The notes: a model not told the origin generated them from the letters alone. A stretch of 64,000 bases of DNA from Candidatus Nanopelagicaceae bacterium (GCA_049287065.1 JBAQFB010000008.1:118071-182070), one strand, 5' to 3'. Counted from the first letter of the stretch, positions 11,151 to 21,230 are shown. Made by a program: numbers and translations.

Positions 11151-12083
11151 ATGTCTACTGAATTCGATTTTTCGACCACACTAGGTCCTGCGTGGTTTCC
11201 CACCCCGCTCTTTACCGCAAGCGGATGCGCAAGTTCGGGACGTGAATTGGCGCAGTTTTTTCCGTTGCGTGAAATTGGCGCTGTCGTCACCAAGTCGATC
11301 ATGCTTAAGGCGCGCCCTGGGAGGCCAACCCCGCGAATGGCCGAGACCCCAAGTGGAATGCTCAACTCGATTGGATTGCAAGGTCCCGGTATTGACGCTT
11401 TTCTCGAAAACGATGTGCCTTGGCTTATTTCGCAGAATGCGCGAATCATCATTTCAATCGCCGGAGAGAGTGTTGAGGAATATTCGATTCTGGCCCGTCG
11501 ACTTCGCTCGGTTCCAGGGATAGCGGCAGTTGAAGTAAATATCTCCTGTCCAAACGTGGAGAATCGGGGACTTGTTTTCGCTTGTGATCCGGAAGCGTCG
11601 CGAGCGGTAGTGGATGGAGTACGACGAACGCTCGGGGGTGAGTTGCCCATCATCGTGAAACTTTCACCTGACGTTACTGACATTGCCGAGATAGCACGAG
11701 GTGTGGTGAGTGCAGGTGCCGATGCACTCTCACTCATTAATACCTTGCTAGGAATGGTGATAAATATAGAGACGATGCGCCCACACCTTGCGGGAAAGAC
11801 TGGCGGTCTCTCTGGTCCGGCAATTCGCCCGGTTGCAGTTCGCGCTGTATACCAAGTTCATCAGGCCCTTCCGAAAATTCCCATACTTGGAATGGGGGGA
11901 GTGAGAACTGGGCGCGATGCACTTGAACTCATCTTGGCGGGAGCAAGTGGAGTAAGTGTTGGCACCGCAACGTTCTCAAATCCAAAAGCAGTCATAAACG
12001 TCCAGAATGAGCTACGTGGCCTACTGATCAACAAAGGTTTTGCCTCGTTACGTGAGGCAATTGGTTATGCACAACGAGACTAA
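11151..12083 (+). CDS. pyrD: dihydroorotate dehydrogenase (class 1B) catalytic subunit
   Basis: Has MLNSIGLQGPG, the active-site NISCPN, and GMGGVRTGRDALE. Starts on the base after the pyrK stop. Confidence 0.92.
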   Translation: MSTEFDFSTTLGPAWFPTPLFTASGCASSGRELAQFFPLREIGAVVTKSIMLKARPGRPTPRMAETPSGMLNSIGLQGPGIDAFLENDVPWLISQNARIIISIAGESVEEYSILARRLRSVPGIAAVEVNISCPNVENRGLVFACDPEASRAVVDGVRRTLGGELPIIVKLSPDVTDIAEIARGVVSAGADALSLINTLLGMVINIETMRPHLAGKTGGLSGPAIRPVAVRAVYQVHQALPKIPILGMGGVRTGRDALELILAGASGVSVGTATFSNPKAVINVQNELRGLLINKGFASLREAIGYAQRD

Positions 12084-12130
12084 AAACTGAATGATTGATC
12101 CAGTTTGAACAGAGACAGGGAGAGGGATTG

Positions 12131-12832
12131 ATGATTTCACGCGCGCCGATCATTCTTGCAATTGACACCTCCGATTTGGATATTGCCAAATCTTGGATTG
12201 AGGCCTCGCAAGGTTATGTCGCGGGATATAAATTGGGCCTTGAGTTCTTTTCGGCCTTTGGCAGAGAAGGAGTCCGCAAATTGCAGGAGTGTGGCGACGG
12301 CGAACTTTTTCTTGACTTAAAGTTCCATGACATTCCCAATACGGTGGCTTGTGCCATGCAGCAAATCGTGGATCTCAAGCCACGATTTTTTACCGTCCAT
12401 GCTTCGGGCGGTCGAGCAATGATTGCCGCAGCAGTGGAGGCTGCGCCTCAGGTGGAAATTACTGCGGTCACAATTCTCACATCCCTAGGCAGTGAAGATG
12501 TGGAAGAAGTGGGTTTTAGGGAGGGCCCAGTCAGAAGCGCGGTCCAACTCGCCATACTGGCAAAGGCGGCTGGGGCTCGCGCAATCGTCTGCTCTCCGCA
12601 GGAGATTTCGGCCATCCGCGCTGCAATCGGTCCGGAAATGACGATTATTACTCCAGGAGTACGCCTAACAAGTGAGGCTCTCGACGATCAGCAGCGAACA
12701 ATGAATCCAAAAGGCGCGATAGCGGCTGGAGCGAACTATTTGGTTATAGGACGCCCCATCACGCAATACTGGTCGCAAGGTTTTGCGGCCATGCGCGAGC
12801 GAACTGCGGCTATAGCTAACGAGCTCACGTAA
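12131..12832 (+). CDS. pyrF: orotidine 5'-phosphate decarboxylase
   Basis: Has ILAIDT, DLKFHDIPNT and VIGRPIT motifs. The ATG at 12131 is preceded by GGGAGAGGGA. The ORF-track start at 12095 is 12 codons further upstream. Confidence 0.88.
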   Translation: MISRAPIILAIDTSDLDIAKSWIEASQGYVAGYKLGLEFFSAFGREGVRKLQECGDGELFLDLKFHDIPNTVACAMQQIVDLKPRFFTVHASGGRAMIAAAVEAAPQVEITAVTILTSLGSEDVEEVGFREGPVRSAVQLAILAKAAGARAIVCSPQEISAIRAAIGPEMTIITPGVRLTSEALDDQQRTMNPKGAIAAGANYLVIGRPITQYWSQGFAAMRERTAAIANELT

Positions 12833-12859
12833 TCGACGCGGAGAAGGTAGATTCCCAAT

Positions 12860-13738
12860 ATGTCGCTTCCACCAACATTAACCCCTGAACAGCGGGCCGC
12901 TGCCTTGGTCAAGGCGACTGCCGCACGGCGCTCTCGGGCGCAGATGAAGGCCAAGGTAAAGAGTGGTGAGTTAAGCATTGGCGATGTCTTGAATTTTGCC
13001 AGAGATGATCAGGCGATCGGCAAAATGCGTGTGAGTGAATTGTTGGAATCTTTACCCAGTGTCGGAAAGATCCGCGCCAAGTTGATTATGGAGCGCCTTT
13101 CCATCTCTCCAACCAGGCGAGTGCAGGGCTTGGGCAAGCACCAGAGAGAAGAACTGTTAAACGAATTTCAGGTATCAGAACAGGTGCCGGCAAGTCAGAG
13201 GGGTCGGCTCATCGTTCTTTCAGGTCCAGGGGGAGTTGGGAAGAGCACGGTGGCCATGCGATTGCGAGAGGTATCAGATTTCTGGGTAAGTGTTTCGGCA
13301 ACGACTCGAGCCCCCCGGGCTTCGGAAGAGCATGGAATCGATTATTTCTTTCTCACCCCCGAAGAATTCGATCGAGAGATTGCCAAGGATAAGTTTTTAG
13401 AGTGGGCGCAATTTGCGGGCGCCCGGTACGGAACTCCGCGCGACGGTGTCGAAAGGGCGCTTGCCCGTGGACGTAATGTTCTATTGGAGATCGAGATAGA
13501 GGGTGCTCGGCAAGTACGAGCTCATAGCAAAGAGGCAATTCTGGTCTTTCTAGAACCCCCCAGTTGGGAGCACCTGGTCGCCAGATTGGAAGGGCGGGGC
13601 TCTGATTCTCCTGAGAGACGAGCGCATCGCCTCGAACTGGCTCAGTACGAACTGGCCTTATCGAAGGAATTTGACGTGGTTATAGTAAATGACCAGGTCG
13701 AGCGAGTGGTCGAGGCACTGGTAGCCTTAGCCTCCTAA
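12860..13738 (+). CDS. gmk: in-frame fusion of actinobacterial integration host factor (MihF) and guanylate kinase
   Basis: aa 1-104 are mIHF-like (LTPEQRAAALVKATAARRSRA...GKMRVSELLESLPSVGKIRAKLIMERLSISPTRRVQGLG). aa ~115-292 are a full guanylate kinase (GPGGVGKST P-loop, SATTRAPR, LLEIEIEGA). There is no stop codon between them. Confidence 0.85.
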   Translation: MSLPPTLTPEQRAAALVKATAARRSRAQMKAKVKSGELSIGDVLNFARDDQAIGKMRVSELLESLPSVGKIRAKLIMERLSISPTRRVQGLGKHQREELLNEFQVSEQVPASQRGRLIVLSGPGGVGKSTVAMRLREVSDFWVSVSATTRAPRASEEHGIDYFFLTPEEFDREIAKDKFLEWAQFAGARYGTPRDGVERALARGRNVLLEIEIEGARQVRAHSKEAILVFLEPPSWEHLVARLEGRGSDSPERRAHRLELAQYELALSKEFDVVIVNDQVERVVEALVALAS

Positions 13739-13814
13739 TCACGATTCACATAAAGGATTACCACCTTGGACTGCCCGCGCGGGTGGTTGAAGGTCTAGCA
13801 TAAAAGGGGCTTGC

Positions 13815-14063
13815 ATGGACGGCATTACCAATCCACCGATTGACGAACTTCTGGATAAGAGTGGCTCGAAGTACAGCCTTGTGCTCTACGCGGCCAAGCG
13901 CGCCCGCCAGATCAACGCTTATTACTCCCAGTTGGGAGAGGGCTTACTCGAATATGTTGGACCGCTGGTTGAGACTCACGTGCATGAAAAGCCGCTCTCT
14001 ATTGCCCTTCGTGAGATCAATGAGGGTCTGCTGACAATTGAGAATCTCGAACCGACCGCTTAA
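13815..14063 (+). CDS. rpoZ: DNA-directed RNA polymerase subunit omega
   Basis: 82 aa. [17 protein letters not shown] is the conserved omega core. Its position between gmk and coaBC is as in other actinobacteria. Confidence 0.9.
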   Translation: MDGITNPPIDELLDKSGSKYSLVLYAAKRARQINAYYSQLGEGLLEYVGPLVETHVHEKPLSIALREINEGLLTIENLEPTA

Positions 14064-14080
14064 TTTTCGATAGAACGCAC

Positions 14081-15280
14081 ATGTCATCGTCAGGCCGAGA
14101 AGTAATTCTCGGGGTTGGCGGTGGCATTGCCGCGTATAAGGCGTGTGACTTAGTAAGGCGACTGCAAGACCACGGTTTTCTTGTCACCGTCGTGCCAACT
14201 CCGGCTTCTCTCAATTTCGTCGGAGTGGCGACATGGGAAGCCCTTTCCGGCAGGTCAGTTCTGACGCAGGTTTGGGAGGATGTACCGGGAGTAGCCCATA
14301 TTGCTCTGGCACAGAATGCAGATTTCATTCTTATCGCCCCAGCAACTGCGGATCTAATGGCACGCGTTGCACATGGTCGAGGAGATGACCTTCTCACCAA
14401 TCTACTTTTAGCATCGAGTGCGCCAACCATGCTAATCCCGGCGATGCACCCAAATATGTGGCTCAATCCCGCGACCGTTGAGAATGTCTCAATACTGCGA
14501 TCACGTGGGTACGTTGTTATCGATCCAGATGTCGGGCGCCTCACGGGTTCTGACATAGGACCAGGTCGCTTCCCCGAGACTTGGCGCATCCTTGAAGAAT
14601 TTCACCATATGGTGGGAGAGAACGCTGATTTACTAGGGCGCAAAATTTTGGTCACTGCCGGGGGTACTCGCGAACCTATCGATCCGGTTCGTTATATTGG
14701 AAATCGCTCCTCTGGAAAACAAGGTTATGGAATTGCGCAAGCTGCAGCAGCCCGTGGAGCGGAAGTTCATTTGATCGCTGCCAACTGTAATCTTCCAGAT
14801 ATTGAAGGTGTGGCGATTACGCGAGTCGAGACTGCCTCCGAACTTGAAGTCGCTATTGATCAACATTTCGATTGGTGTGATGTTCTCGTCATGTGCGCGG
14901 CCGTCGCAGATGCCAAACCCACGCATCGAAGCAATGAGAAAATTAAGAAGGGCGCGCTCACTTCCATCGAGTTGGAACTCACCCCGGACCTGCTCAAGAA
15001 GGCAGTGACTAAGCGCAAGACGGGTCAAGTAATTGTGGGGTTTGCGGCAGAAACACAGGACCACGTGGTTAACGCTGAGGCCAAACTAAGGGAAAAGGGC
15101 GTCGATTTACTCTACGTAAACGATGTCTCTGACGGCGCCATTTTCGGAAGCGAGAACACAAGAGGCACTGTCATATCAAGGGATGGGACTGTAATCACAG
15201 TATCTGAAGGGCGCAAAGAGACACTGGCCAACGTATTACTCGATCAGGTGCAAAATCGGCTAAGTTTGCCCAATGTCTAA
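14081..15280 (+). CDS. coaBC: bifunctional phosphopantothenoylcysteine decarboxylase / phosphopantothenate-cysteine ligase
   Basis: N-terminal flavoprotein domain ([19 protein letters not shown]) plus a C-terminal CoaB domain ([23 protein letters not shown]). Confidence 0.93.
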   Translation: MSSSGREVILGVGGGIAAYKACDLVRRLQDHGFLVTVVPTPASLNFVGVATWEALSGRSVLTQVWEDVPGVAHIALAQNADFILIAPATADLMARVAHGRGDDLLTNLLLASSAPTMLIPAMHPNMWLNPATVENVSILRSRGYVVIDPDVGRLTGSDIGPGRFPETWRILEEFHHMVGENADLLGRKILVTAGGTREPIDPVRYIGNRSSGKQGYGIAQAAAARGAEVHLIAANCNLPDIEGVAITRVETASELEVAIDQHFDWCDVLVMCAAVADAKPTHRSNEKIKKGALTSIELELTPDLLKKAVTKRKTGQVIVGFAAETQDHVVNAEAKLREKGVDLLYVNDVSDGAIFGSENTRGTVISRDGTVITVSEGRKETLANVLLDQVQNRLSLPNV

Positions 15281-16463
15281 ACGCCTATTTACCTCTGAAT
15301 CTGTAACCGAGGGACACCCTGACAAGATTGCCGATCAGATCTCTGATGCCATCTTGGATTCACTCCTTGCACAGGACAGCAAAAGCCGAGTCGCAGTGGA
15401 AACACTCATTACAACTGGCCAGGTGCACGTTGCTGGTGAAGTCACTACTGATGGATATGCCGATGTGATGGGGATTGTCCGCGATACAGTGCTTGGCATT
15501 GGCTATGACTCTTCGGAAAAGGGTTTCGATGGAAACACCTGCGGCGTCTCCATCTCTATCGGGCAACAATCACAAGACATTGCCCAAGGCGTGGACGACG
15601 CCTACGAGAATCGCGTCTCTTCCTCGGTAGATCCTTTGGACGTACAAGGAGCTGGAGATCAGGGCCTTATGTTCGGCTACGCGTGCGACGATACGCCCGA
15701 ATTTATGCCCCTGCCCATTTCGCTAGCGCACAAATTGGCGCAACAGCTTTCCCGAGTTCGAAAAAGTGGTGAACTCGGCTATTTGCGGCCGGATGGAAAA
15801 ACTCAAGTAACCATTGAGTATGCCGGTAATAAAGCGGTAGCACTGAATACCATCGTAATTTCCAGTCAGCATGCTCCAGATGTCGATCTTCTCAAGACAA
15901 TGACACCCAATATCATCAAGAGTGTCATTGACCCGATTCTTGAAGGTGTAGAACTATCGCGTAAAGATCTGCGTATTCTCATCAATCCTACGGGGCGATT
16001 TGTTATCGGCGGACCCATGGGCGATGCGGGACTTACCGGTCGCAAGATTATTGTTGACACGTATGGCGGGATGGCCCGGCATGGGGGAGGCGCTTTCAGC
16101 GGAAAAGATCCGTCTAAAGTGGATCGTTCGGCCGCTTACGCCATGCGTTGGGTTGCGAAGAATGTTCTGGCGGCTGGTCTTGCTCGTCGTTGCGAAGTAC
16201 AAGTGGCATATGCGATCGGGAAAGCACAACCCGTCGGTTTCTTCATCGAAACTTTCGGAACAGAGAGTGTTTCAGTTTCCAAAATCCAAGATGCAGTCCT
16301 CGCTACTTTTGATCTGCGTCCCGCGGCAATTATCAGAGACCTGCAACTATTGCGTCCGGTCTATTCTTTAACAAGTGCTTACGGTCACTTTGGCCGCGAA
16401 CTGCCGGAATTTACTTGGGAAGCGACTGATCGCGTAGAGGCATTGCGCGCTGCCGCACAGTAG
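15273..16463 (+). CDS. metK: S-adenosylmethionine synthase
   Basis: Has [32 protein letters not shown] and [16 protein letters not shown]. Overlaps coaBC by 8 nt. Confidence 0.97.
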   Translation: MSKRLFTSESVTEGHPDKIADQISDAILDSLLAQDSKSRVAVETLITTGQVHVAGEVTTDGYADVMGIVRDTVLGIGYDSSEKGFDGNTCGVSISIGQQSQDIAQGVDDAYENRVSSSVDPLDVQGAGDQGLMFGYACDDTPEFMPLPISLAHKLAQQLSRVRKSGELGYLRPDGKTQVTIEYAGNKAVALNTIVISSQHAPDVDLLKTMTPNIIKSVIDPILEGVELSRKDLRILINPTGRFVIGGPMGDAGLTGRKIIVDTYGGMARHGGGAFSGKDPSKVDRSAAYAMRWVAKNVLAAGLARRCEVQVAYAIGKAQPVGFFIETFGTESVSVSKIQDAVLATFDLRPAAIIRDLQLLRPVYSLTSAYGHFGRELPEFTWEATDRVEALRAAAQ

Positions 16464-16472
16464 CTGATCACC

Positions 16473-18401
16473 GTGGTTGAACCTCGACCACTTCGAATGA
16501 AGTCCCAAATGGGTTCGTCGGGCAAGCCGACTGTGGCGGTTAAACTTCCCGTGGCTCGCGTCTGGGTGGATACGGGCGTGTTCCATTTGGATTCGCCCTT
16601 TGATTATTGGGTCCCTGAGACGTTGACGAATATCGCATCGCCAGGTGTCCGGGTGCAGGTTGAATTTGGAAATTCGATTCACGAAGCAATCATTGTGGAG
16701 AGAATGGAGAGTTCGCCAAACGCGGGTCTCTTAAAGACTTTGCTGAAGGTTCTCTCCCCGCATCCGGTTGCCACTTCGGAATCCCTAGCTCTGATCTCGC
16801 TTGTCGCTCGACGTTGGGCGGGCACCCCGTATGACGTGCTACGGAGCGCGATTCCACCCAGAGTCGCATCTGTAGATAAAGAATCGATTGATCTTTCGAA
16901 GGAATTTGCAGTGCCAGAGGCCAGTCGACGTGATATTCCTCGCGAGCTCATTGAAAAACAAGTTAGAGCTTTCTGGGCATTGCCTCCCTCACACAGCGTT
17001 TCTGAGTTAGTTGCCGATCTCATAATTGCGCGGCTTGCGCATGGCCAGGTACTTATAGTTGCCCCGGATGAGCGCCAACTCCTGCAGATCGAAGAAGTGC
17101 TTCACACTCTCTTGCCGCAATGGTCTGTGGCGCGGCTGGACGGTCACATTTCACGGGCTGATCGTTACCGCAATTATTTGAAAGTGATGGGCGGAGTTGC
17201 GCGGGTGGCGCTGGGGCTGCGTGGCTCGATATTCGTGCCATTGCTGCCGGGTTCGACAATTATCGTGCTGGGCGAAACTTCTGAACTCCTCCATGAACCG
17301 CGCAGTCCGGGCTGGAACGTGCGCGAGGTGGCGCTCATGCGTGCCAAGGAGAATGGGGAGGATCTTATCTTCCTCGGCTTCTCACCTTCACTTGAATTGG
17401 CAAGGCTCATTGAGACCGGTTGGATCACGCATATTTCCGCTAAGCGGCGCCGTACCGTAACCGCAGCTTCGCAGACTCACGGAGAACTTCTTCCGAGCAA
17501 AGCCTTCGCAATAGTCCGAAAGGCACTTACATCTGGGCCGGTACTTTTCCTGGTTCCAAGAAGAGGTTATGGCAATGCAGTGCTTTGTAATAAGTGTCGA
17601 AACATATCGCTCTGTGAATGTGGAGGGCGACTCGAACAGAGGGCCGCTGGACGTGACCCGCAATGCGTCCTTTGTTTGAAGCAGTTCGCTGCTTGGCATT
17701 GTTCGTGGTGTCAGGGCACTTTGATTTATATTGCATCCCGCGGAATAGATAGATTTGCGGAGGAGATTGGGAAAGCCTTTCCACATCACAAAATTATTAA
17801 TTCATCTGGCGATCACATCGTGGACTATGTCGGGCATCATCCAGCTCTTATTGTGGCGACGCCTGGTTCGCAACCTGCCACTTCTGCAGGCTATTCAGCA
17901 GTGGCTCTGCTGGAATGTACGAGATTCCTCGGGCATACTGATCTGCGATCAGCGGAGACCGCCAGAGAGCATTTCTTTGAAACTGCCAGTATGGTTTCGC
18001 CCACTGGAGCAGTATTTTTGGCTCTCGATCCAGGTCATCCAATTGTGGCGTCATTGGCGCAATGGGATGCGACACTGATGGTTCGCAGGGAGTTGCAAGA
18101 TCGTCTGGAATTGAAATTCCCTCCCTATTTTCGATACGTGAGTCTCGAGACAGATTCGCTTGAGGCCACATCCCTCTATGCAGGACTTGATGCGGCCCGC
18201 CTCGAAGAGCGCATTTCTTCGCAAACCCATCTATCAGGGCCTCACCCGATAGGGAATGACAGGTCGCGAATCTTGATATCAGCACCATTATCTGTTGCGC
18301 CCGCCGTCATTGATTTCCTCCACGAATTGCAACGACGCCGATCAATTTCCCGAAAGCCGCTGCTTACGATGAGAGTCGATCCGTATTCTTTGACCCATTA
18401 G
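16473..18401 (+). CDS. priA: primosomal protein N' (PriA) family protein with degenerate ATPase motifs
   Basis: 642 aa. PriA-like N-terminal 3'-DNA-binding region (VWVDTGVFHLDSPFDYWVP) and the Cys-rich zinc region CNKCRNISLCECGG...CVLC...CSWC. The Walker A position reads ALPPSHSVSELV. The start codon is uncertain (GTG at 16473). Confidence 0.82.
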   Translation: MVEPRPLRMKSQMGSSGKPTVAVKLPVARVWVDTGVFHLDSPFDYWVPETLTNIASPGVRVQVEFGNSIHEAIIVERMESSPNAGLLKTLLKVLSPHPVATSESLALISLVARRWAGTPYDVLRSAIPPRVASVDKESIDLSKEFAVPEASRRDIPRELIEKQVRAFWALPPSHSVSELVADLIIARLAHGQVLIVAPDERQLLQIEEVLHTLLPQWSVARLDGHISRADRYRNYLKVMGGVARVALGLRGSIFVPLLPGSTIIVLGETSELLHEPRSPGWNVREVALMRAKENGEDLIFLGFSPSLELARLIETGWITHISAKRRRTVTAASQTHGELLPSKAFAIVRKALTSGPVLFLVPRRGYGNAVLCNKCRNISLCECGGRLEQRAAGRDPQCVLCLKQFAAWHCSWCQGTLIYIASRGIDRFAEEIGKAFPHHKIINSSGDHIVDYVGHHPALIVATPGSQPATSAGYSAVALLECTRFLGHTDLRSAETAREHFFETASMVSPTGAVFLALDPGHPIVASLAQWDATLMVRRELQDRLELKFPPYFRYVSLETDSLEATSLYAGLDAARLEERISSQTHLSGPHPIGNDRSRILISAPLSVAPAVIDFLHELQRRRSISRKPLLTMRVDPYSLTH

Positions 18402-18410
18402 ACTTCTAAC

Positions 18411-18971
18411 ATGTCTATTCAACCCATCCGTCTATTTGGCGATCCGGTTTTGGTAACTCCGTCGGCACCGGTGGTTGATTTTGACAAGGAGTTGCGCGTG
18501 CTGGTCGCAGATCTGACCGAAACGATGCTGGATGCCCCGGGTGCCGGATTGGCGGCACCTCAGATCGGTGTGCCACTTCGAGTCTTCGTTTGGGATATTG
18601 AGGAAGCCCTGGGCCATCTCATCAACCCCACTTTAGATCTGAGCGAAGACCTGCAAGAGGGGGAGGAGGGCTGCCTTTCCTTTCCAGAACTTCGGTACAA
18701 CACGCCGCGCGCTTTCCAAGTTGTCGCTAAGGGTTGGAATATGTACGGCGACCCAATATCGGTTGAGGGAAGCGAGATGCTTGCGCGAGCTCTCCAGCAT
18801 GAGACGGATCATCTTGATGGAATACTCTTTATTGATCGCCTCTCGAAAGAAGACCGCAAAAGTGCGATGAAGGAGATACGCGAGTCTGAATGGTTCGGCC
18901 TGTCAGACGAGACAGGAGCAAAACTCGACATAAGAATTTCGCCGCATTACACATACGGGAAAGGTCTCTAG
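18411..18971 (+). CDS. def: peptide deformylase
   Basis: All three deformylase motifs are present: GAGLAAPQIG, EGCLSFP and QHETDHL. Confidence 0.95.
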   Translation: MSIQPIRLFGDPVLVTPSAPVVDFDKELRVLVADLTETMLDAPGAGLAAPQIGVPLRVFVWDIEEALGHLINPTLDLSEDLQEGEEGCLSFPELRYNTPRAFQVVAKGWNMYGDPISVEGSEMLARALQHETDHLDGILFIDRLSKEDRKSAMKEIRESEWFGLSDETGAKLDIRISPHYTYGKGL

Positions 18972-19885
18972 TGCGCATCGCTGTTGCGGCGACACCGTCC
19001 GTAGCGATTCCGACATTGGATTGGCTGCACGTATCCGAACACGAGCTAGTTCTTATAATCACCCAGCCCGATCGACCCGCCGGTCGTGGGCGGAGCTTAA
19101 GGTCGTCGCACGTTGCCTTGTGGGCCATTGCGCACAAAATTCCTTGTGTCAAACCAGAGTCGTCGGACGAACTTGTTGAACGCCTGGTGAATGTCGATCT
19201 CGTTGTCACAGTCGGGTATGGAGTGATATTGCCAGAGCGGATTTTGAAAGTACCTAGACATGGTTTCATTAATCTTCACTTTTCTCTTCTGCCTAGATGG
19301 CGCGGGGCCGCACCTGTGCAGCGGGCAATACTCAATGGGGATGAGGAATTGGGCTTGACCGTCTTCGCACTTGATGCAGGTATGGATACCGGCCCGATTT
19401 ATGTCCAGCGTTCGATTCCCAACCAGCCGTATGAGAATTCCGGGCAATGCCTGGCGCGTATGGCAGTCATCGGCGCAGAACTTGTTGCCGAGGCGGTTGA
19501 TCTAATCGCAATGGGAGCCCAACCCGTTAGCCAATCGAATGACGGCGTGCTCCTTGCACCTAAGGTCACCAAGGAGGATGCCCGAATTGCGTGGGATCAC
19601 AACGCGGCGGAGTTGAGTCGCCAAATTCGAGCTTTTACTCCAGAGCCAGGAGCATGGACCACATGGAGAGGCGTGCCAGTGCGCATCACCCGGGCACGCC
19701 CTTACTCAAAAGCTCAGGAGGTTAGATGCGGGGAGATATTCCTTAGCGACGGAAACGTGGTCGTGGGTTGCGGGGAAGAAAGCGCTTTGGTCATTGAGGA
19801 AATGACACCCGCCGGGAAAAAGGTCATGTCAGCTAAAAGTTGGATCAATGGCGCACGAGCTCTCCCTGGAGAATCTTTTGTCTAA
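18971..19885 (+). CDS. fmt: methionyl-tRNA formyltransferase
   Basis: (V)RIAVAATPSVAIPTLDWL is the typical Fmt N-terminus. Also has INLHFSLLPRWRGAAPVQRAI and a C-terminal tRNA-binding domain. The GTG at 18971 overlaps the def TAG (TAGTG). The ORF-track start at 18890 would run inside def. Confidence 0.92.
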   Translation: MRIAVAATPSVAIPTLDWLHVSEHELVLIITQPDRPAGRGRSLRSSHVALWAIAHKIPCVKPESSDELVERLVNVDLVVTVGYGVILPERILKVPRHGFINLHFSLLPRWRGAAPVQRAILNGDEELGLTVFALDAGMDTGPIYVQRSIPNQPYENSGQCLARMAVIGAELVAEAVDLIAMGAQPVSQSNDGVLLAPKVTKEDARIAWDHNAAELSRQIRAFTPEPGAWTTWRGVPVRITRARPYSKAQEVRCGEIFLSDGNVVVGCGEESALVIEEMTPAGKKVMSAKSWINGARALPGESFV

Positions 19886-21230
19886 CCCAAAAAGTAAATT
19901 CCGTAAGCCTCGCCCAGATGCCGCAAGAGTCTTGGCATTTGAAGTTTTAACTTTGGTAAATCGAGGCGACGCCTACGCAAATTTGCTTCTTCCAAAGATG
20001 CTCAGTGAAAGCGCTTTGGAACTACGCGATAGAGCCTTCGTGACGGAAATGGTTTATGGGACCCTGCGAATGCAAGGTCGTCATGATTGGATGCTGGCGC
20101 AAGTAAGTGATCGGGCCTGGGACTCAGTCGACTCTGGCATTGTTGACATTTCCCGTTTAGGGGTCCACCAACTTATGGAAATGAGAGTGCCGGCACACGC
20201 TGCCGTTTCTGCGACTGTGGAACTTGCGCGCAAAGTGCTGGGGGAGTCCCGCGCAACTTATGTCAATGCTCTCTTGCGACGAGTGAGTAAATGGACCCTT
20301 GCTGAATGGTTTGCTTCAATTTCATCGGTGGAAGATCGCATCGAGAGATTGTCGATCAAATACTCCCACCCCGAGTGGATTGTCTCTGCATATATTGATC
20401 TCCTCCGCGAAGAGGAAGAAGTGGTCGCCGCGCTTTCGGCAAACAACGTGCCGGCATCGCCGACTCTAGTTTCATGGCCCGGGCGCTCTACTCAAGCTGA
20501 CCTGCTTGCGCTGGGTGGCGAAGCCACAAAATACTCTCGGTACGGCGCAACCTCGGTGGTGATTCCCGGAGAGATTGATCTAGTTCGCGCGCGCAAGGCG
20601 GGAATTCAAGATGAAGGCTCCCAACTTGTCGGGTCAATTTTTGCCGACGCCGCCAAGGAGAAGGACGATTGGCTCGATCTGTGCGCAGGCCCCGGCGGGA
20701 AAGCCGCGCTAGTTTCGAGTCTTGCCCAGACGTTGGGGAAACAATTTGTGGCTAATGAAATCTCGCCAGCGCGCGCCAATCTTGTCCGGCAGGTTATCTC
20801 CGCCGGCGAGGTTTGGGTTGGTGACGGTCGAGAAATATCAGAGCATGGGCGCAGATTCGGCGCGGTACTTGCCGATGTGCCGTGCACTGGAATTGGGGCA
20901 CTGCGTCGTCGGCCCGAAGTTCGCTGGAGAAGAAAACCTGCCGATCTGGCAGGGCTGTCCCGGTTGCAAGGAGAACTTCTAGATAGCGCAATCGATGTGG
21001 CAGAGGTAGGAGGAATCATCGGATACGCGACCTGCTCACCTCACCTAGCCGAGACGAAAGTTCAGGTATCTAGTGCATTGAGACGGCGTTCTGACATTCG
21101 ACAAATTTCAATCGAGCCCTATTTACCCGCAAATCTTGCAGGTGCCATTCTCAACGGATCCATGCAGTTATGGACTCACCGTCACGGAACTGATGCCATG
21201 TTCCTCACCCTTTTCGAGAGAATCTCTTAG
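19848..21230 (+). CDS. rsmB: 16S rRNA (cytosine-C5)-methyltransferase, RsmB/Sun family
   Basis: N-terminal NusB-like domain plus SAM-methyltransferase motifs DLCAGPGGK, DVPCTGIGALRRRPE and YATCSP. The start is uncertain: the ATG at 19848 overlaps fmt by 38 nt, and a TTG at 19878 is also possible. Confidence 0.85.
   Translation: MAHELSLENLLSNPKSKFRKPRPDAARVLAFEVLTLVNRGDAYANLLLPKMLSESALELRDRAFVTEMVYGTLRMQGRHDWMLAQVSDRAWDSVDSGIVDISRLGVHQLMEMRVPAHAAVSATVELARKVLGESRATYVNALLRRVSKWTLAEWFASISSVEDRIERLSIKYSHPEWIVSAYIDLLREEEEVVAALSANNVPASPTLVSWPGRSTQADLLALGGEATKYSRYGATSVVIPGEIDLVRARKAGIQDEGSQLVGSIFADAAKEKDDWLDLCAGPGGKAALVSSLAQTLGKQFVANEISPARANLVRQVISAGEVWVGDGREISEHGRRFGAVLADVPCTGIGALRRRPEVRWRRKPADLAGLSRLQGELLDSAIDVAEVGGIIGYATCSPHLAETKVQVSSALRRRSDIRQISIEPYLPANLAGAILNGSMQLWTHRHGTDAMFLTLFERIS

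Noticed and set aside
13765-13795. The GC-rich inverted repeat CCACC...CCCGCGCGGGTGG between gmk and rpoZ, as a terminator.
   Set aside because: No U-tract follows it (it is followed by TTGAAGG). rpoZ normally belongs to the same transcription unit as gmk. At most it is a stabilising hairpin.
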